Assembly: GCA_043821645.1 (NCBI GenBank)
Contig: JBDRCO010000069.1
Span: 1 to 39,562 of the forward strand
Length of the DNA: 39,562 bases
Reading direction: 5' to 3'
Source: Pseudomonadota bacterium
Lineage (GTDB): Bacteria > Myxococcota > JACRCW01 > JAFGSX01
Made by a program: the position numbers and the translations under genes. The notes beneath the pieces are model-generated. The model was not told the DNA's origin. It was given only the letters and a program-made list of their open reading frames with translations, and made no database searches. The stretch's first letter is position 1; each line of letters opens with the position of its first letter. Below are positions 1 to 9,458 of this stretch, in pieces.

Positions 1-163
1 GCTCGAACGGGTCTCAGATTTTTGTGATCCTCAGAAAGCCACTGCGAGCTGGGGGCAGCGCCTCGCCGGAGTGGAATGGACACATCATCCATAACTTACT
101 GTAATTAATGGCAATAATAAAAAATGCCGAACTCGGAATCACCGCTCCGCCCGCCCTGTTCGG

Positions 164-179
164 TGGCACGTGCCTTGCT
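164..179 (+). promoter_or_regulatory. sigma54 (RpoN) -24/-12 promoter
   Basis: TGGCACGTGCCTTGCT matches consensus TGGCACG-N4-TTGC(A/T) with exact GG-N10-GC spacing, about 60 bp upstream of the ATG at 242. An AT-rich tract (~88-125) lies upstream where an IHF bend site would be expected. Confidence 0.75.
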
Positions 180-241
180 CAATCGACCATCGCACAGCGA
201 ACGCAACAAGGGCATCGAGCCTTTCATTTGTGGAGGACGGG

Positions 242-2395
242 ATGAGAAATTCGATGTGGACCTGGCTCATCGGCCTCACCGGCATGCTCGCGGTGACGGC
301 CTGCGATCTGTGGAAACAAGAGCCCCCGAAGATCGGTCTGCGCCACACGAGCAGCCCGGCCCTGCGCAGCTTCGAGACCTGCGACGACCTGGCGACCACC
401 CTGCGCCACAACCTGGCCGAGGAAATGCGGGCCCAGTTGCTGTCGACCCAGAACAACTATGGCCGCTGGGGTGGCGCCATGGACGACGGCATGGCGCCCT
501 CGGCCGAGGCGAGTGGCAGCAACAGCGGCGGCACACGCCAGGAAGGCGTCGACTACTCGGGTACCAACAACCAGGAGACCGGTGTCGACGAGGCCGACTT
601 CGTCAAGACCGACGGTTATTACATCTACACCCTCAACGGCAACCGCCTCGAGATCCTGGGCGTTCCCGAGTTCGGTCAGCTGACCTACATCAGTGGCACC
701 GAGGTCGAGGGCTACCCCTCCCAGATGCTCATCGATGACGACAAGGTGGTCGTGTTCTCGCAGATCTACACCTGGAATCTGCCCGAGGATCACCCGCTGC
801 GCGCCATCGTGGGCGAGCCCGTCGACGGATATGGCTGGTGGTACCCCTCGCAGGTGCTGACCAAGCTCACGGTCATCGATATCAGCGACCGCACGGCTCC
901 CGTGGCCATGCGCCAGCTCTACCTCGAGGGCTACTACCAGACCGCGCGCAAGGTCGACAGCTCGGTGCGCATGATTGCCTACTCGTGGATGGACATCCCG
1001 GGCCTGCGCTACTGGCCCGAGCTCACCGACGAGTACTACAACCTCAACTACGACGACCCGCGCCGCGAGCAGTTGTGGACAGAGGCGGTCATCGCCACCA
1101 TCCGTTACAACGACGCCATCATCGCCCAGGCCACCCTGGATGACTTCGTCCCCCAGATCTACGAGCGCTTTGCCTCGGGGGCCTTTGTCGAGCACTCCTT
1201 CACCAACAGCCAGTGCCGCAGCTTCGCCATCTCCGACGACGGCATGGGCCGTGGCGTCAACTCCATCCTGAGCATGGACCTGCTGGGACCGACCTTCGCC
1301 TTCGACGCCGATCACATCATCGCCAACTGGAGCCAGGTCTACGCCTCCACCGACACCCTGCTACTGGCCGAGCCGAGCTGGGACTGGTGGTGGTTCTGGG
1401 ACAACGACGAGACCGAGGAGTCGACCAACATCCACCGCTTCGACATCAGCGTGCCTGGCCAGACCACTTACACCGGCTCGGGGCGCGTTTCCGGCCTCAT
1501 CCGCGACCAGTTCTCGCTCAGCGAGCACAACGACTACGTGCGCGTGGCGTCGACGTCGGGTCAGTGGCGCTGGTGGAGCAACTCCGAGCGGCAGGTCGAG
1601 AACCACGTCAGCGTGCTGGCGGGCGAGAACGCGCTCAACGTGATTGGCCACGTCGGTGGCATCGCCCTGGGCGAGAGCATCTGGGCCGCGCGATTCGTGG
1701 GCAACCGAGGCTACCTGGTCACCTTCCGCAATACCGACCCGCTGTGGACCGTGGACATGTCGCGTCCCACCGAGCCGCGCATCGTCGGTGAGCTCGAGGT
1801 GCCGGGTGTGTCGACCTACATCCACCCCTTTGGCGACGACAAGCTGCTGACCATTGGCTACGGCGGCGACGACAACGGCATGGACTGGTCGACCCAGGTC
1901 TCCCTGTTCGACGTCAGCGACTTTGCCAACCCCACCCGCACCGCGGCCCTGTCCCTGCGTCCCGACGTCCTGGGCGACGGCTGGACCTGGGCGTGGAGCG
2001 AAGCCACCTGGGAGCACAAGGCGTTCCAGTACTGGGGCCCCATGAGCATGCTGGCCATCCCCCTGAGCACCTATCGCTCGAACTACGACAACAACGGCTA
2101 CTACGGCTACGAGTACAAAAGCCAGCTCGCCCTGATCCGCGTCGACGCCGAGGGCACCACCGACGCGCTGCCCCTGAGCCGCTACGACCAGGGCCAGATC
2201 GACCACTCGGACTTCTTCAACAGCGATCCCGAGCGCTGGTGGGACTGGCGCGACGTGCGCCGCAGCATCTTCATGGGTGACTACATCTACGCCATCAGCG
2301 ATCGCGGCGTGACCGCGCACAAGGTCTCGGACATGACCCTGTCGGCCACGGTGCCCCTCGAGGGCCAGTACTACGACGAGTACTGGTACTGGTAG
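242..2395 (+). CDS. Secreted beta-propeller domain lipoprotein (Beta_propel / COG4880-like)
   Basis: GGAGG RBS before ATG 242. Lipobox-like LAVTA-C. Family motifs YSGTNNQETGVDEADFVKTDG, DQFSLSEHNDYVRVAST, ESIWAARFVGNRGYLVTFRNTDPLWTVD, GELEVPGVSTYIHP. Confidence 0.88.
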   Translation: MRNSMWTWLIGLTGMLAVTACDLWKQEPPKIGLRHTSSPALRSFETCDDLATTLRHNLAEEMRAQLLSTQNNYGRWGGAMDDGMAPSAEASGSNSGGTRQEGVDYSGTNNQETGVDEADFVKTDGYYIYTLNGNRLEILGVPEFGQLTYISGTEVEGYPSQMLIDDDKVVVFSQIYTWNLPEDHPLRAIVGEPVDGYGWWYPSQVLTKLTVIDISDRTAPVAMRQLYLEGYYQTARKVDSSVRMIAYSWMDIPGLRYWPELTDEYYNLNYDDPRREQLWTEAVIATIRYNDAIIAQATLDDFVPQIYERFASGAFVEHSFTNSQCRSFAISDDGMGRGVNSILSMDLLGPTFAFDADHIIANWSQVYASTDTLLLAEPSWDWWWFWDNDETEESTNIHRFDISVPGQTTYTGSGRVSGLIRDQFSLSEHNDYVRVASTSGQWRWWSNSERQVENHVSVLAGENALNVIGHVGGIALGESIWAARFVGNRGYLVTFRNTDPLWTVDMSRPTEPRIVGELEVPGVSTYIHPFGDDKLLTIGYGGDDNGMDWSTQVSLFDVSDFANPTRTAALSLRPDVLGDGWTWAWSEATWEHKAFQYWGPMSMLAIPLSTYRSNYDNNGYYGYEYKSQLALIRVDAEGTTDALPLSRYDQGQIDHSDFFNSDPERWWDWRDVRRSIFMGDYIYAISDRGVTAHKVSDMTLSATVPLEGQYYDEYWYW

Positions 2396-2590
2396 CCCTG
2401 GCTCCCGCTCGCCGCTCTGACGCTCGTTTCACCACACCTCCGCACCACGCTTCCAGCCCAGTACCCAGGTGACCTGTCCGGGGCGAGACCTGCGCAGGCA
2501 CTCGTCACGTCGAGGCCGCCAAGCTGTTCGTGCCAGGCGCGGACGCCGCGGGTCGATGCAATCCGTGGCTGCTTCAGCGAGGGGGGATGA

Positions 2591-2821
2591 TCAACTGCGA
2601 GCGGGTGCGGTCTTGGATGTCTTCATGCGGCAGGTGCTGATCCCGAGCACGGTGTAGATGGGGCAGCTCCCCAGGGCACCGGTCAGCAAGGGAACGACGC
2701 CGATCAGGCCCCACCAGGTTTGCGGTCCAACGACGATGAGGCTGAGCAGGGCCAGACCAACCAGTATGCGCAGGGCGCGCTCGATCACGTGTTCGTTGTT
2801 CGGAAAGATTTTTTCCAGCAT
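2591..2821 (-). CDS. DUF2892 / YgaP-like small inner-membrane protein
   Basis: NEHVIERALRILVG, two hydrophobic helices, then GVVPLLTGALGSCPIYTVLGISTC. Start placed at MLEKIF after a GGAG-rich RBS. Confidence 0.85.
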   Translation of the reverse strand: MLEKIFPNNEHVIERALRILVGLALLSLIVVGPQTWWGLIGVVPLLTGALGSCPIYTVLGISTCRMKTSKTAPARS

Positions 2822-2963
2822 CTCCGTCTCCTCTCCTGCATCCTGCAAGGGGTGCGGGTGTTGTTGTCATCTAGCGAGAGCCGGGCCTTGCCGCAAAGGA
2901 TTCGCCCGGATGGATCAACGCGCCGCCTCGCGGGTGATAGCGTGAAGGCGGAGGACACCACCC

Positions 2964-4067
2964 GTGCGCATTCTGCACCTCGCCCCCAGGCTCAGCGATC
3001 GCGGTGGTGCCGACCGGGACCTGCTGGCCCTGCTCGACCTGCTGGGGGCGCAGCACCACCAGGTCTTGATCACCTCGCAACACGATGAACCGCCAGAGCT
3101 TCCGTCGTCACTCGAGATCGAGGTGGTGCCAGGGCTGGATGCCAGGGACGCGCAGACCGTCGATCTGGATGCGCTCGTCGCGCGCCACAAACCCGATCTG
3201 ATTCACGCACACAACCTGATGAATCCAGCGCTGCTGGAATCCGCGGCAGCCGCAGGTGCTCTCCTCACGGTCCAGGACCATCGCTTCTTGTGCCCCGGTC
3301 GCGGCAAGTGGACCGCGGCGGGCGAGGTCTGCGGCGCGCCCCTGGATCGCGCCCGCTGTCGGGCCTGCTTCGACGACGAGGGCTATTTTTGCGGTCTTTG
3401 GGAGCTGACCACGCAGCGCCTGCGAGCCGCGCAGAAGATGCGCGCGGTGAGCGTGCTGTCGTTCTACATGCGTGCGCAGCTGGTGGACGCTGGCGTCGAC
3501 GCCGACCGCCTGCACGTGATCCCGCCCTTCGCCCATGCCCTCGACGTCCTCGCCGTGCCCGAGGTGCCTCCCTGTGTGCTCTTCGTCGGCCGCGTGGTCG
3601 ACAGCAAAGGGGTCCGCGACGCCATCGTGTCCTGGAGGCGCAGCGGACTGGACCTTCCGTTTCGCATCGCAGGCACAGGACGACTGCGCAACGCGGTCGT
3701 GGCCGAGGGCGTCGAGGTCCTGGGCTGGGTCGGTCGGTCGCGCCTGTCCTCGCTGTACCGCGCCGCGCAGGTGCTGGTGCTCCCGTCGCGCTGGCAAGAA
3801 CCCTTTGGCATCGTCGGGCTCGAGGCCCTGAGCCTTGGCGTGCCAGTCGCGGCCTGGCACTCGGGTGGGGTGGCCGAGTGGCACCCGGGTGGCGCCGGAC
3901 TCGTCGCCTGGGGTGACGTCGAGGGCCTGGCCCTCGCGCTGCGAGACCTCGCCGGGACCCGAATGGCGCTCCGACCCGGCTTCACGCGCGAGGATGCACT
4001 GGCACGGTGGAGCGCGCTGTATACATCGCTGGGTGTGAAGCAAAGGGAAAGCGGAGGATCTCCATGA
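2964..4067 (+). CDS. Glycosyltransferase family 4 (GT-B)
   Basis: MRILHL start, PDLIHAHN, LFVGRVVDSKG, PSRWQEPFGIVGLEALSLGVPV (E-X7-E). GGAGG RBS before GTG. Confidence 0.9.
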   Translation: MRILHLAPRLSDRGGADRDLLALLDLLGAQHHQVLITSQHDEPPELPSSLEIEVVPGLDARDAQTVDLDALVARHKPDLIHAHNLMNPALLESAAAAGALLTVQDHRFLCPGRGKWTAAGEVCGAPLDRARCRACFDDEGYFCGLWELTTQRLRAAQKMRAVSVLSFYMRAQLVDAGVDADRLHVIPPFAHALDVLAVPEVPPCVLFVGRVVDSKGVRDAIVSWRRSGLDLPFRIAGTGRLRNAVVAEGVEVLGWVGRSRLSSLYRAAQVLVLPSRWQEPFGIVGLEALSLGVPVAAWHSGGVAEWHPGGAGLVAWGDVEGLALALRDLAGTRMALRPGFTREDALARWSALYTSLGVKQRESGGSP

Positions 4068-4750
4068 ATGTCGTCGTCACCGGCGCCAACCGTGGCATCG
4101 GTCTGGGCCTGGTGCACGCCCTGCTCATCCAGGGACATCGGGTACAGGCCACGGCACGCACCCCGAACACCGCCACCGAGCTTCAGGGTCTGGCCACCAC
4201 ACACCCGGACCAGCTCCATCTCCACCCCCTCGACGTCCTCGACGACAGCAGCTGTCAGCGCCTCGGCGCCACCCTGGCCGACCAGGCCGTGGACATGCTG
4301 ATCAACAATGCGGGCGTGGGAGGTGCCGGGGAGGCCCTGGCCGCCCTGGACCTCGTGCGCGCCCTCGAGGTCTACGATACCAACGCCCTGGGCCCGCTGC
4401 GGGTCACCCGCGCCCTGCTGCCCATGCTGGAGCGAGCCCGCGGTCGGGTTTTCAACATCTCGTCGATGATGGGATCGATCGCGGACAATGCCAGCGGCGG
4501 TTACTACGCCTACCGCATGTCCAAGGCCGCGCTCAACATGGCCACCAGCTGCCTGGCCGAGGGGCTCCGGCCCCGTGGCGTCGCCGTATTCAGCATTCAC
4601 CCGGGCTGGGTGCAGACCGACATGGGTGGCGCCCAGGCGCCCACCAGCGTCGAGGAGAGCGTGCACAAGATGCTCGAGCTGTTCGCGCGCCTTGGTCAGG
4701 AGCAGAGCGGGCAATTTCACAGCTACGAGGGTCACCCGCTGCCCTGGTGA
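4064..4750 (+). CDS. Short-chain dehydrogenase/reductase, CsgA (C-factor)-like subfamily
   Basis: TGANRGIG, NNAG, SSMMGS, YxxxK (YRMSK), HPGWVQTDMGG. ATGA overlap with the GT4 stop. Confidence 0.9.
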   Translation: MNVVVTGANRGIGLGLVHALLIQGHRVQATARTPNTATELQGLATTHPDQLHLHPLDVLDDSSCQRLGATLADQAVDMLINNAGVGGAGEALAALDLVRALEVYDTNALGPLRVTRALLPMLERARGRVFNISSMMGSIADNASGGYYAYRMSKAALNMATSCLAEGLRPRGVAVFSIHPGWVQTDMGGAQAPTSVEESVHKMLELFARLGQEQSGQFHSYEGHPLPW

Positions 4751-4818
4751 GCTGCCACGCAGCAGCAACCGGGCAGTGACGTCGGCAAAGGCTGCGCGCT
4801 GATCGGTGGCGGGGGTGT

Positions 4819-4848
4819 AAAAAAAGAGGCCCCTCGACGGGGCCTCTT
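4819..4848 (-). terminator. Rho-independent terminator for the minus-strand gene ending at 4872
   Basis: Perfect 10-bp stem AAGAGGCCCC (4824-4833) / GGGGCCTCTT (4839-4848) with a 5-nt loop and an A-run on + (U-tract on -). Lies between convergent genes. Confidence 0.85.
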
Positions 4849-4871
4849 GAAGTCCAAAACCGGAGATCGTG

Positions 4872-5981
4872 CTAGCGCAGGTTGCGGATCGCGGCCATCT
4901 GCATGTCGTGCATGGTCTTCATGACGTTCGACAGCATCTCGTACATCTTCTTCAGGTCTTCCATCATCTTCTGCATCTGCATCTGCTTGAGGGTATCCGA
5001 GGTCTTGCTGGTGTCACCGAAGGGTTGCGTGCCGTTTGCGTCGGCGGTGCCACCTCCACCCGGCTGCCCGAAGGCCTGCTGCAGCTGCGCCATCTGCTGC
5101 TGCTTCTGCGTGCCGCTGGTGCTGGGATCCGACAGGATCTGGTAGGCCGCCTGGTTGTAGTAAGCCTGGGCCTCGGGGCCACCGACCAGCCCGCCAAAGG
5201 TTCCCATGGGCTGGCCGTCGTCGCCGATGTTGCCGTCCTTGGTCCCCAGCTCGTTCATCTTGCTGGTGATCTCTTTTTCCTTCTTGCTCGCGTACTTCAT
5301 CATCATCAGGAAGATGACGTCCTCGAAGGCGAGCGGGGGCTTCATGCCCATGCCCTCGGCGAGCTTGGCCGTGTCCCCGTCCATCAGGTTGCCGTTGGTG
5401 TCGGTGAGCCCGCCCATGGCCTGGGCGATGTTGCCCTCGAAGCGAGCCAGGGAGCCGTACAGACCGGTCATCTGGGTGCTGCTCTGCACGGTCTTGGTGA
5501 AGGCGATCTGCGAGTACTGGGGATCGTAGCGCTGCACCGTGATGGACATGTCCATGCGGCCGTCCATGACGATGCCACCACCCAGCAGGCCCTCGAGCTG
5601 GCCGCGGAACTGCGGGTTCTGCAGCATGGCCAGCTGCAGGCTGTTGGCCACCGAACGACCCAGGGGGTCCGCCGTCGCGCCGTTGGTGTTCCCGAAGCTG
5701 GCGTAGGTCTGCCCCCAGGCCTGGCGGGCATGGGCAAAGGCGGAGTTCGGGTTGCCCACATAATTTGACTGGGGCAGGCCCTTGCCAAAGATCTGATCCA
5801 GCGTCGAGGTGTCGAGGCCGGACGTGAGATCCGTGAAGTTGCGGAGGTATCCCGCCACGTCGCCCTTGGCGGCGTCGAGCTGTGCACCTATGGCGTCGCC
5901 CACGAAATCGGGGAGGCCAAGTGCATCGAGCATGCGATTGACGTTCATGCCGGTCGAGCCCACATTGATGCCGTTCAGCAT
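4872..5981 (-). CDS. Hypothetical Gly/Gln/Met-rich protein with T3SS needle/translocator-like C-terminal helix
   Basis: AGGAG RBS upstream of ATG 5981, strong GC3 coding bias, own terminator. C-terminus QMQMQKMMEDLKKMYEMLSNVMKTMHDMQMAAIRNLR. No signal peptide. Confidence 0.75.
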   Translation of the reverse strand: MLNGINVGSTGMNVNRMLDALGLPDFVGDAIGAQLDAAKGDVAGYLRNFTDLTSGLDTSTLDQIFGKGLPQSNYVGNPNSAFAHARQAWGQTYASFGNTNGATADPLGRSVANSLQLAMLQNPQFRGQLEGLLGGGIVMDGRMDMSITVQRYDPQYSQIAFTKTVQSSTQMTGLYGSLARFEGNIAQAMGGLTDTNGNLMDGDTAKLAEGMGMKPPLAFEDVIFLMMMKYASKKEKEITSKMNELGTKDGNIGDDGQPMGTFGGLVGGPEAQAYYNQAAYQILSDPSTSGTQKQQQMAQLQQAFGQPGGGGTADANGTQPFGDTSKTSDTLKQMQMQKMMEDLKKMYEMLSNVMKTMHDMQMAAIRNLR

Positions 5982-6053
5982 GGCTTTCCCCTTTTCTCCT
6001 GCTTCGCGTCGGCGAAGCCTGTCGCCCCGTGGTGATTGTCCACAGCGTCTGAG

Positions 6054-6080
6054 GTATCGGTCAAAACCGCTGCGGGTTGC
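6054..6080 (-). promoter_or_regulatory. Possible sigma28 (FliA/WhiG)-type promoter
   Basis: Minus strand reads GCAA-N15-ACCGATAC versus consensus TAAA-N15-GCCGATAA. The -10 is good, the -35 is weak. About 70 bp upstream of ATG 5981. Confidence 0.4.
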
Positions 6081-6222
6081 CTCAAAGCTGCACATATCAT
6101 GATTGAAGAAGCACCAGGCGTCAGCCGATGTTCACGCAAATGCTGTAACACCAAGAAAACTTTTAGTAATTGGCAAGCATCCGCCGCTTGCCCGAGACCC
6201 TGGCGGGATCTGACTGGATCCG

Positions 6223-7503
6223 TCAGAAGTACGCCTTGAGTTCTGCAAAGAGGGCCGCCGGGGACAGGCCAAACTCGCTGCGTGGTCTGAGAAGCTGGGA
6301 CGGGTCCTGGGCGGCCCCCGAGGCCAGGCCAGGCGCTGACATCGAGGGCAAGGTCACATCCTCGGGCCGCTTGCCCAGACCAATGTAGGCGCCCAGGCTC
6401 AGCGCGGCCTCGTCCGAGATCGACCAGCCCAGGGATGGGCCGATCAGAGCCGATCCATCGAGCAGGTTGGCCACGGCAAAGGCGCCGAGGTTGACGATGG
6501 GCAACAGCTCGTAGCCCAGGCTCAAGGCCGCGTAGTACTGGCCCATGGCCCACAGCTCGCCGCGGGCGAAGCGCTCGCTGGCCGCCACCTTCAGATAATC
6601 GGCGGGATCGTCCGCACCCAGAGACTGCGCATAGACCTCGCCCATGAGCGTCAGGCCGTAGCCCGGACGGATGTCGCTGCCCAGGGAGGCGCGCACGAAG
6701 GGATCGCCCTGGCGCGGTCGGGTCACCGTGGTCTCGCCGCGTAGAGCCACGCCCAGGATGTCGCCGCTGACGTCGACGCCCAGCACCAGGTCGCCGTGGC
6801 TGCGCGCGGCCAGCACGCCCACGTCCCACACATCGAAGGTGGTGCTGGCGCGGCTGGCCAGGATGAACTGGTCGACGTCCCAGTCGCCGGCGTAGGCCGC
6901 GACCAGGGTCAGCCGGCCCGAGGTGCCGAAGAACATGTCCACCCGAGCCGCGTCGATGCCGGGCTTGTACTCCCGATCGATCGTTGTGGGCGAGAAAGCG
7001 GCCACAAGATCCATGGGTGTAAAAAAGAAGGTCGAGCCAAAGGTCACCGGCTGTCGGCCCACGATGACGTCGAGCATGTCCAGCCTGAGGCGCACGAAGG
7101 CGCGGTCCACCCGCAGGGTGGCCTGCATGCCCTGGCCGTCGACGACCGCCCAGCTCAGGTCCAGGGCCTGCGGCGCGGCCTCGGCCTGCCCCCCCGTCGA
7201 CGCGCCCAACCCCAGGCCGACGCCCGAGGCGCTGCTGAGGGCGAGCTGGTGGTGCACGCTGCAGGACAGCCTGTCGCCGAGTGCGGCCTCGAGCTTGAGG
7301 CGGAGATCCAGCGCACCGATGGCGAACGGGTCCTCGGGCATCAGGGCGTGCTCGTAGGGCAGCACGCCGATGAAGAAGGTCTTCACGTCGCCGGACAGGT
7401 CGGCGCGGCTGCTGCCTGGGGCGTACAGCTCGATGGCCCCGAGCGGCGTCGTGGCGACGAGACCGGCGAGGAGCAGGATGGCCGGGAGCGCGCGCTGGCA
7501 CAT
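6223..7503 (-). CDS. Putative outer-membrane beta-barrel protein of Lol-like ABC operon
   Basis: Signal peptide, VGRQPVTFG...FFTPMD...DREYKPGIDAARV motif, alternating beta strands, C-terminal Phe (ELKAYF). GGAGG RBS. Confidence 0.75.
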   Translation of the reverse strand: MCQRALPAILLLAGLVATTPLGAIELYAPGSSRADLSGDVKTFFIGVLPYEHALMPEDPFAIGALDLRLKLEAALGDRLSCSVHHQLALSSASGVGLGLGASTGGQAEAAPQALDLSWAVVDGQGMQATLRVDRAFVRLRLDMLDVIVGRQPVTFGSTFFFTPMDLVAAFSPTTIDREYKPGIDAARVDMFFGTSGRLTLVAAYAGDWDVDQFILASRASTTFDVWDVGVLAARSHGDLVLGVDVSGDILGVALRGETTVTRPRQGDPFVRASLGSDIRPGYGLTLMGEVYAQSLGADDPADYLKVAASERFARGELWAMGQYYAALSLGYELLPIVNLGAFAVANLLDGSALIGPSLGWSISDEAALSLGAYIGLGKRPEDVTLPSMSAPGLASGAAQDPSQLLRPRSEFGLSPAALFAELKAYF

Positions 7504-7527
7504 GGCATCCTCCGTCGTCGAGGCGCG

Positions 7528-8211
7528 CTACTTGCGCTGATCCTCGGCGATCTGTCCGTCGACCAGGCGCACCACGCGCGTGGCCTGCTCCATGACCTTG
7601 GGGTCGTGGGTGGCAAACACGAAGGTGACCTGGCGCTCCTGGTTGAGGCGCCTCATGGTGGCGATGAGCTCGTTGCCGGTCTTGGAGTCGAGGTTGGCGG
7701 TGGGCTCGTCGGCCAGTACCAGGGCCGGTGCGCCAGCGATGGCGCGGGCCACGGCCACCCGCTGCTGCTGACCACCCGACAGCTCCTGTGGCCGCCTGTT
7801 GTGCAGACCGTCCAGGCCGACCTCCTTGAGCACCTCGGTGACGCGCCGCCGCCGCTCGTCCTCGGACATGCCCTGCAACAAGAGTACGAACTCGGCGTTC
7901 TCGTAGGCGCTGAGCACCGGGATCAGGTTGTAGGCCTGAAACACGAAGCCCAGGTGGTTCAGGCGCATGCGCGAGCGGCCGGCCGCGCCCATGGTGGCCA
8001 GGTCCTGGCCGTCGATGAGGATGTGGCCCGCGGTGGGCTCGTCGAGGCCGCCGATGAGGTTGAGCAAGGTGGTCTTGCCCGAACCCGAGGGCCCCATGAG
8101 CGCGGTGAACTCGCCCTTTTCGATGGTGAGCTCGACCCCGCGCAGGGCCTGCACCACGATCTGCCCCTGCTTGTACTCCTTGGTCAGCCCCTGGATCTCG
8201 ACGATGGCCAT
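7528..8211 (-). CDS. ABC transporter ATP-binding protein (LolD/MacB-like)
   Basis: Walker A GPSGSGKT, signature LSGGQQQRVA, Walker B VLADEPT, H-loop ATHD. GAGGAGG RBS before MAIVEI. Confidence 0.95.
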   Translation of the reverse strand: MAIVEIQGLTKEYKQGQIVVQALRGVELTIEKGEFTALMGPSGSGKTTLLNLIGGLDEPTAGHILIDGQDLATMGAAGRSRMRLNHLGFVFQAYNLIPVLSAYENAEFVLLLQGMSEDERRRRVTEVLKEVGLDGLHNRRPQELSGGQQQRVAVARAIAGAPALVLADEPTANLDSKTGNELIATMRRLNQERQVTFVFATHDPKVMEQATRVVRLVDGQIAEDQRK

Positions 8212-8228
8212 GATGGTGACCTCCTCGT

Positions 8229-9458
8229 TTACCTGTGCTGCAGGCACTCGATGGGTTTCAGGGTGGCGGCCTTGATCGCGGGGTAGATGGCCGAGACCAG
8301 GGTCATGACGTAGGCGAGCACGCAGAAGATCGCGACCTTGCTCGCTGACAGATCGGAGAAGAAGTGCATCTCGAGGGCCACGCCGCCGGCCTCGACCACC
8401 TGGCCGCCGGTCATGTCGGCGAAGTTGAGGCCGTGCACAGCCATGGGCCAGTTGCCCAGCAGGCCCAGGGCCAGGCCCGCGAGCACCGCGAACAGACCCA
8501 GCAGCGCGGCCTCGGTGAGCACCAGGATGGCCAGCTGCCGCGGCGTGGTACCGATGGCCATCATCACCCCGAACTCGCGCAGACGCTCGAGCACCGACAT
8601 GAGCACGGTGTTGACGATGCCCAGCAGCACCACCACCGCGATGATCAGGATCATGATGTACAGGCCCGCGTCGTCGAGGGCGATCCACATGTAAAGGTCG
8701 GGCAGGGCCTCGGGCCAGGCCAGGATCTCGGTCCCCGGCGCGCTCAGGGCCGCGCGCACCTGCGCGGTGACCGCGGCCGCCTGCTTGTGGCTCTTGAGGT
8801 GCAGCGACACCTGGGTGACGTCGTGCCCCAGGTCCAGCATCTTCTGCGCCGCGGCGAGCTGGATCTGGGCATAGAAGCCGTCGATCTCGTCGATGCCGAC
8901 CTTGAACAGGCCCTGCACCCGGAACAGCTGGCTGACGATGTCGCCGTTCTTCTGGATCATGAGCACGACCTTGTCGCCCACGCCCACACCCAGGGTCTCG
9001 GCCAGGGTCTTGCCCAGCACCACGGCGTTGTCCTGCCCGTCGAGGTAGTTGCCAGCCACCACCTTCTTGTACAGGTCGTCGACCTTTCTCTCGTCGTCGG
9101 GGAGCACCGCGCTGAGGCCCACGCCCACCGAACCCGTGGGCGAGGTCAGCAGACCCTGCAGGTACACCCGCTGCACCACCGTGGCGTCGGGCACCATAGT
9201 GTGCAGCTGCTGCACCACCGCGGGCGTGTCCGGCACCAGGATGTCGTTGCCGCGCTTCTCCTGCCAGCCCTGGCCCTGCACCACGACGTGGCCGGCCATG
9301 GTGGCCACACCCTTTTCGATCATGGCGCCATGGGCGCCGTCGCCAAAGCCGCTGGAGATGATGAGCAGGGCCAGGCCAAAGGCGATGGCGATGCCGGTGA
9401 TGAGCGAGCGCCGCAGGTTGCGACGGATGTTGCGCAGGGCGAGCTTCAGCATGCGCAT
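8229..9458 (-). CDS. ABC transporter permease (LolC/E, FtsX family)
   Basis: LALRNIRRNLRRSLIT, large periplasmic domain, GIVNTVLMSVLERLREFGVMMAIG, YPAIKAATLKPIE. Confidence 0.93.
   Translation of the reverse strand: MRMLKLALRNIRRNLRRSLITGIAIAFGLALLIISSGFGDGAHGAMIEKGVATMAGHVVVQGQGWQEKRGNDILVPDTPAVVQQLHTMVPDATVVQRVYLQGLLTSPTGSVGVGLSAVLPDDERKVDDLYKKVVAGNYLDGQDNAVVLGKTLAETLGVGVGDKVVLMIQKNGDIVSQLFRVQGLFKVGIDEIDGFYAQIQLAAAQKMLDLGHDVTQVSLHLKSHKQAAAVTAQVRAALSAPGTEILAWPEALPDLYMWIALDDAGLYIMILIIAVVVLLGIVNTVLMSVLERLREFGVMMAIGTTPRQLAILVLTEAALLGLFAVLAGLALGLLGNWPMAVHGLNFADMTGGQVVEAGGVALEMHFFSDLSASKVAIFCVLAYVMTLVSAIYPAIKAATLKPIECLQHR

Noticed and set aside
4064-4750. Assigning gene symbol csgA
   Set aside because: Subfamily motifs match, but orthology to the Myxococcus C-signal cannot be shown without a phylogeny.
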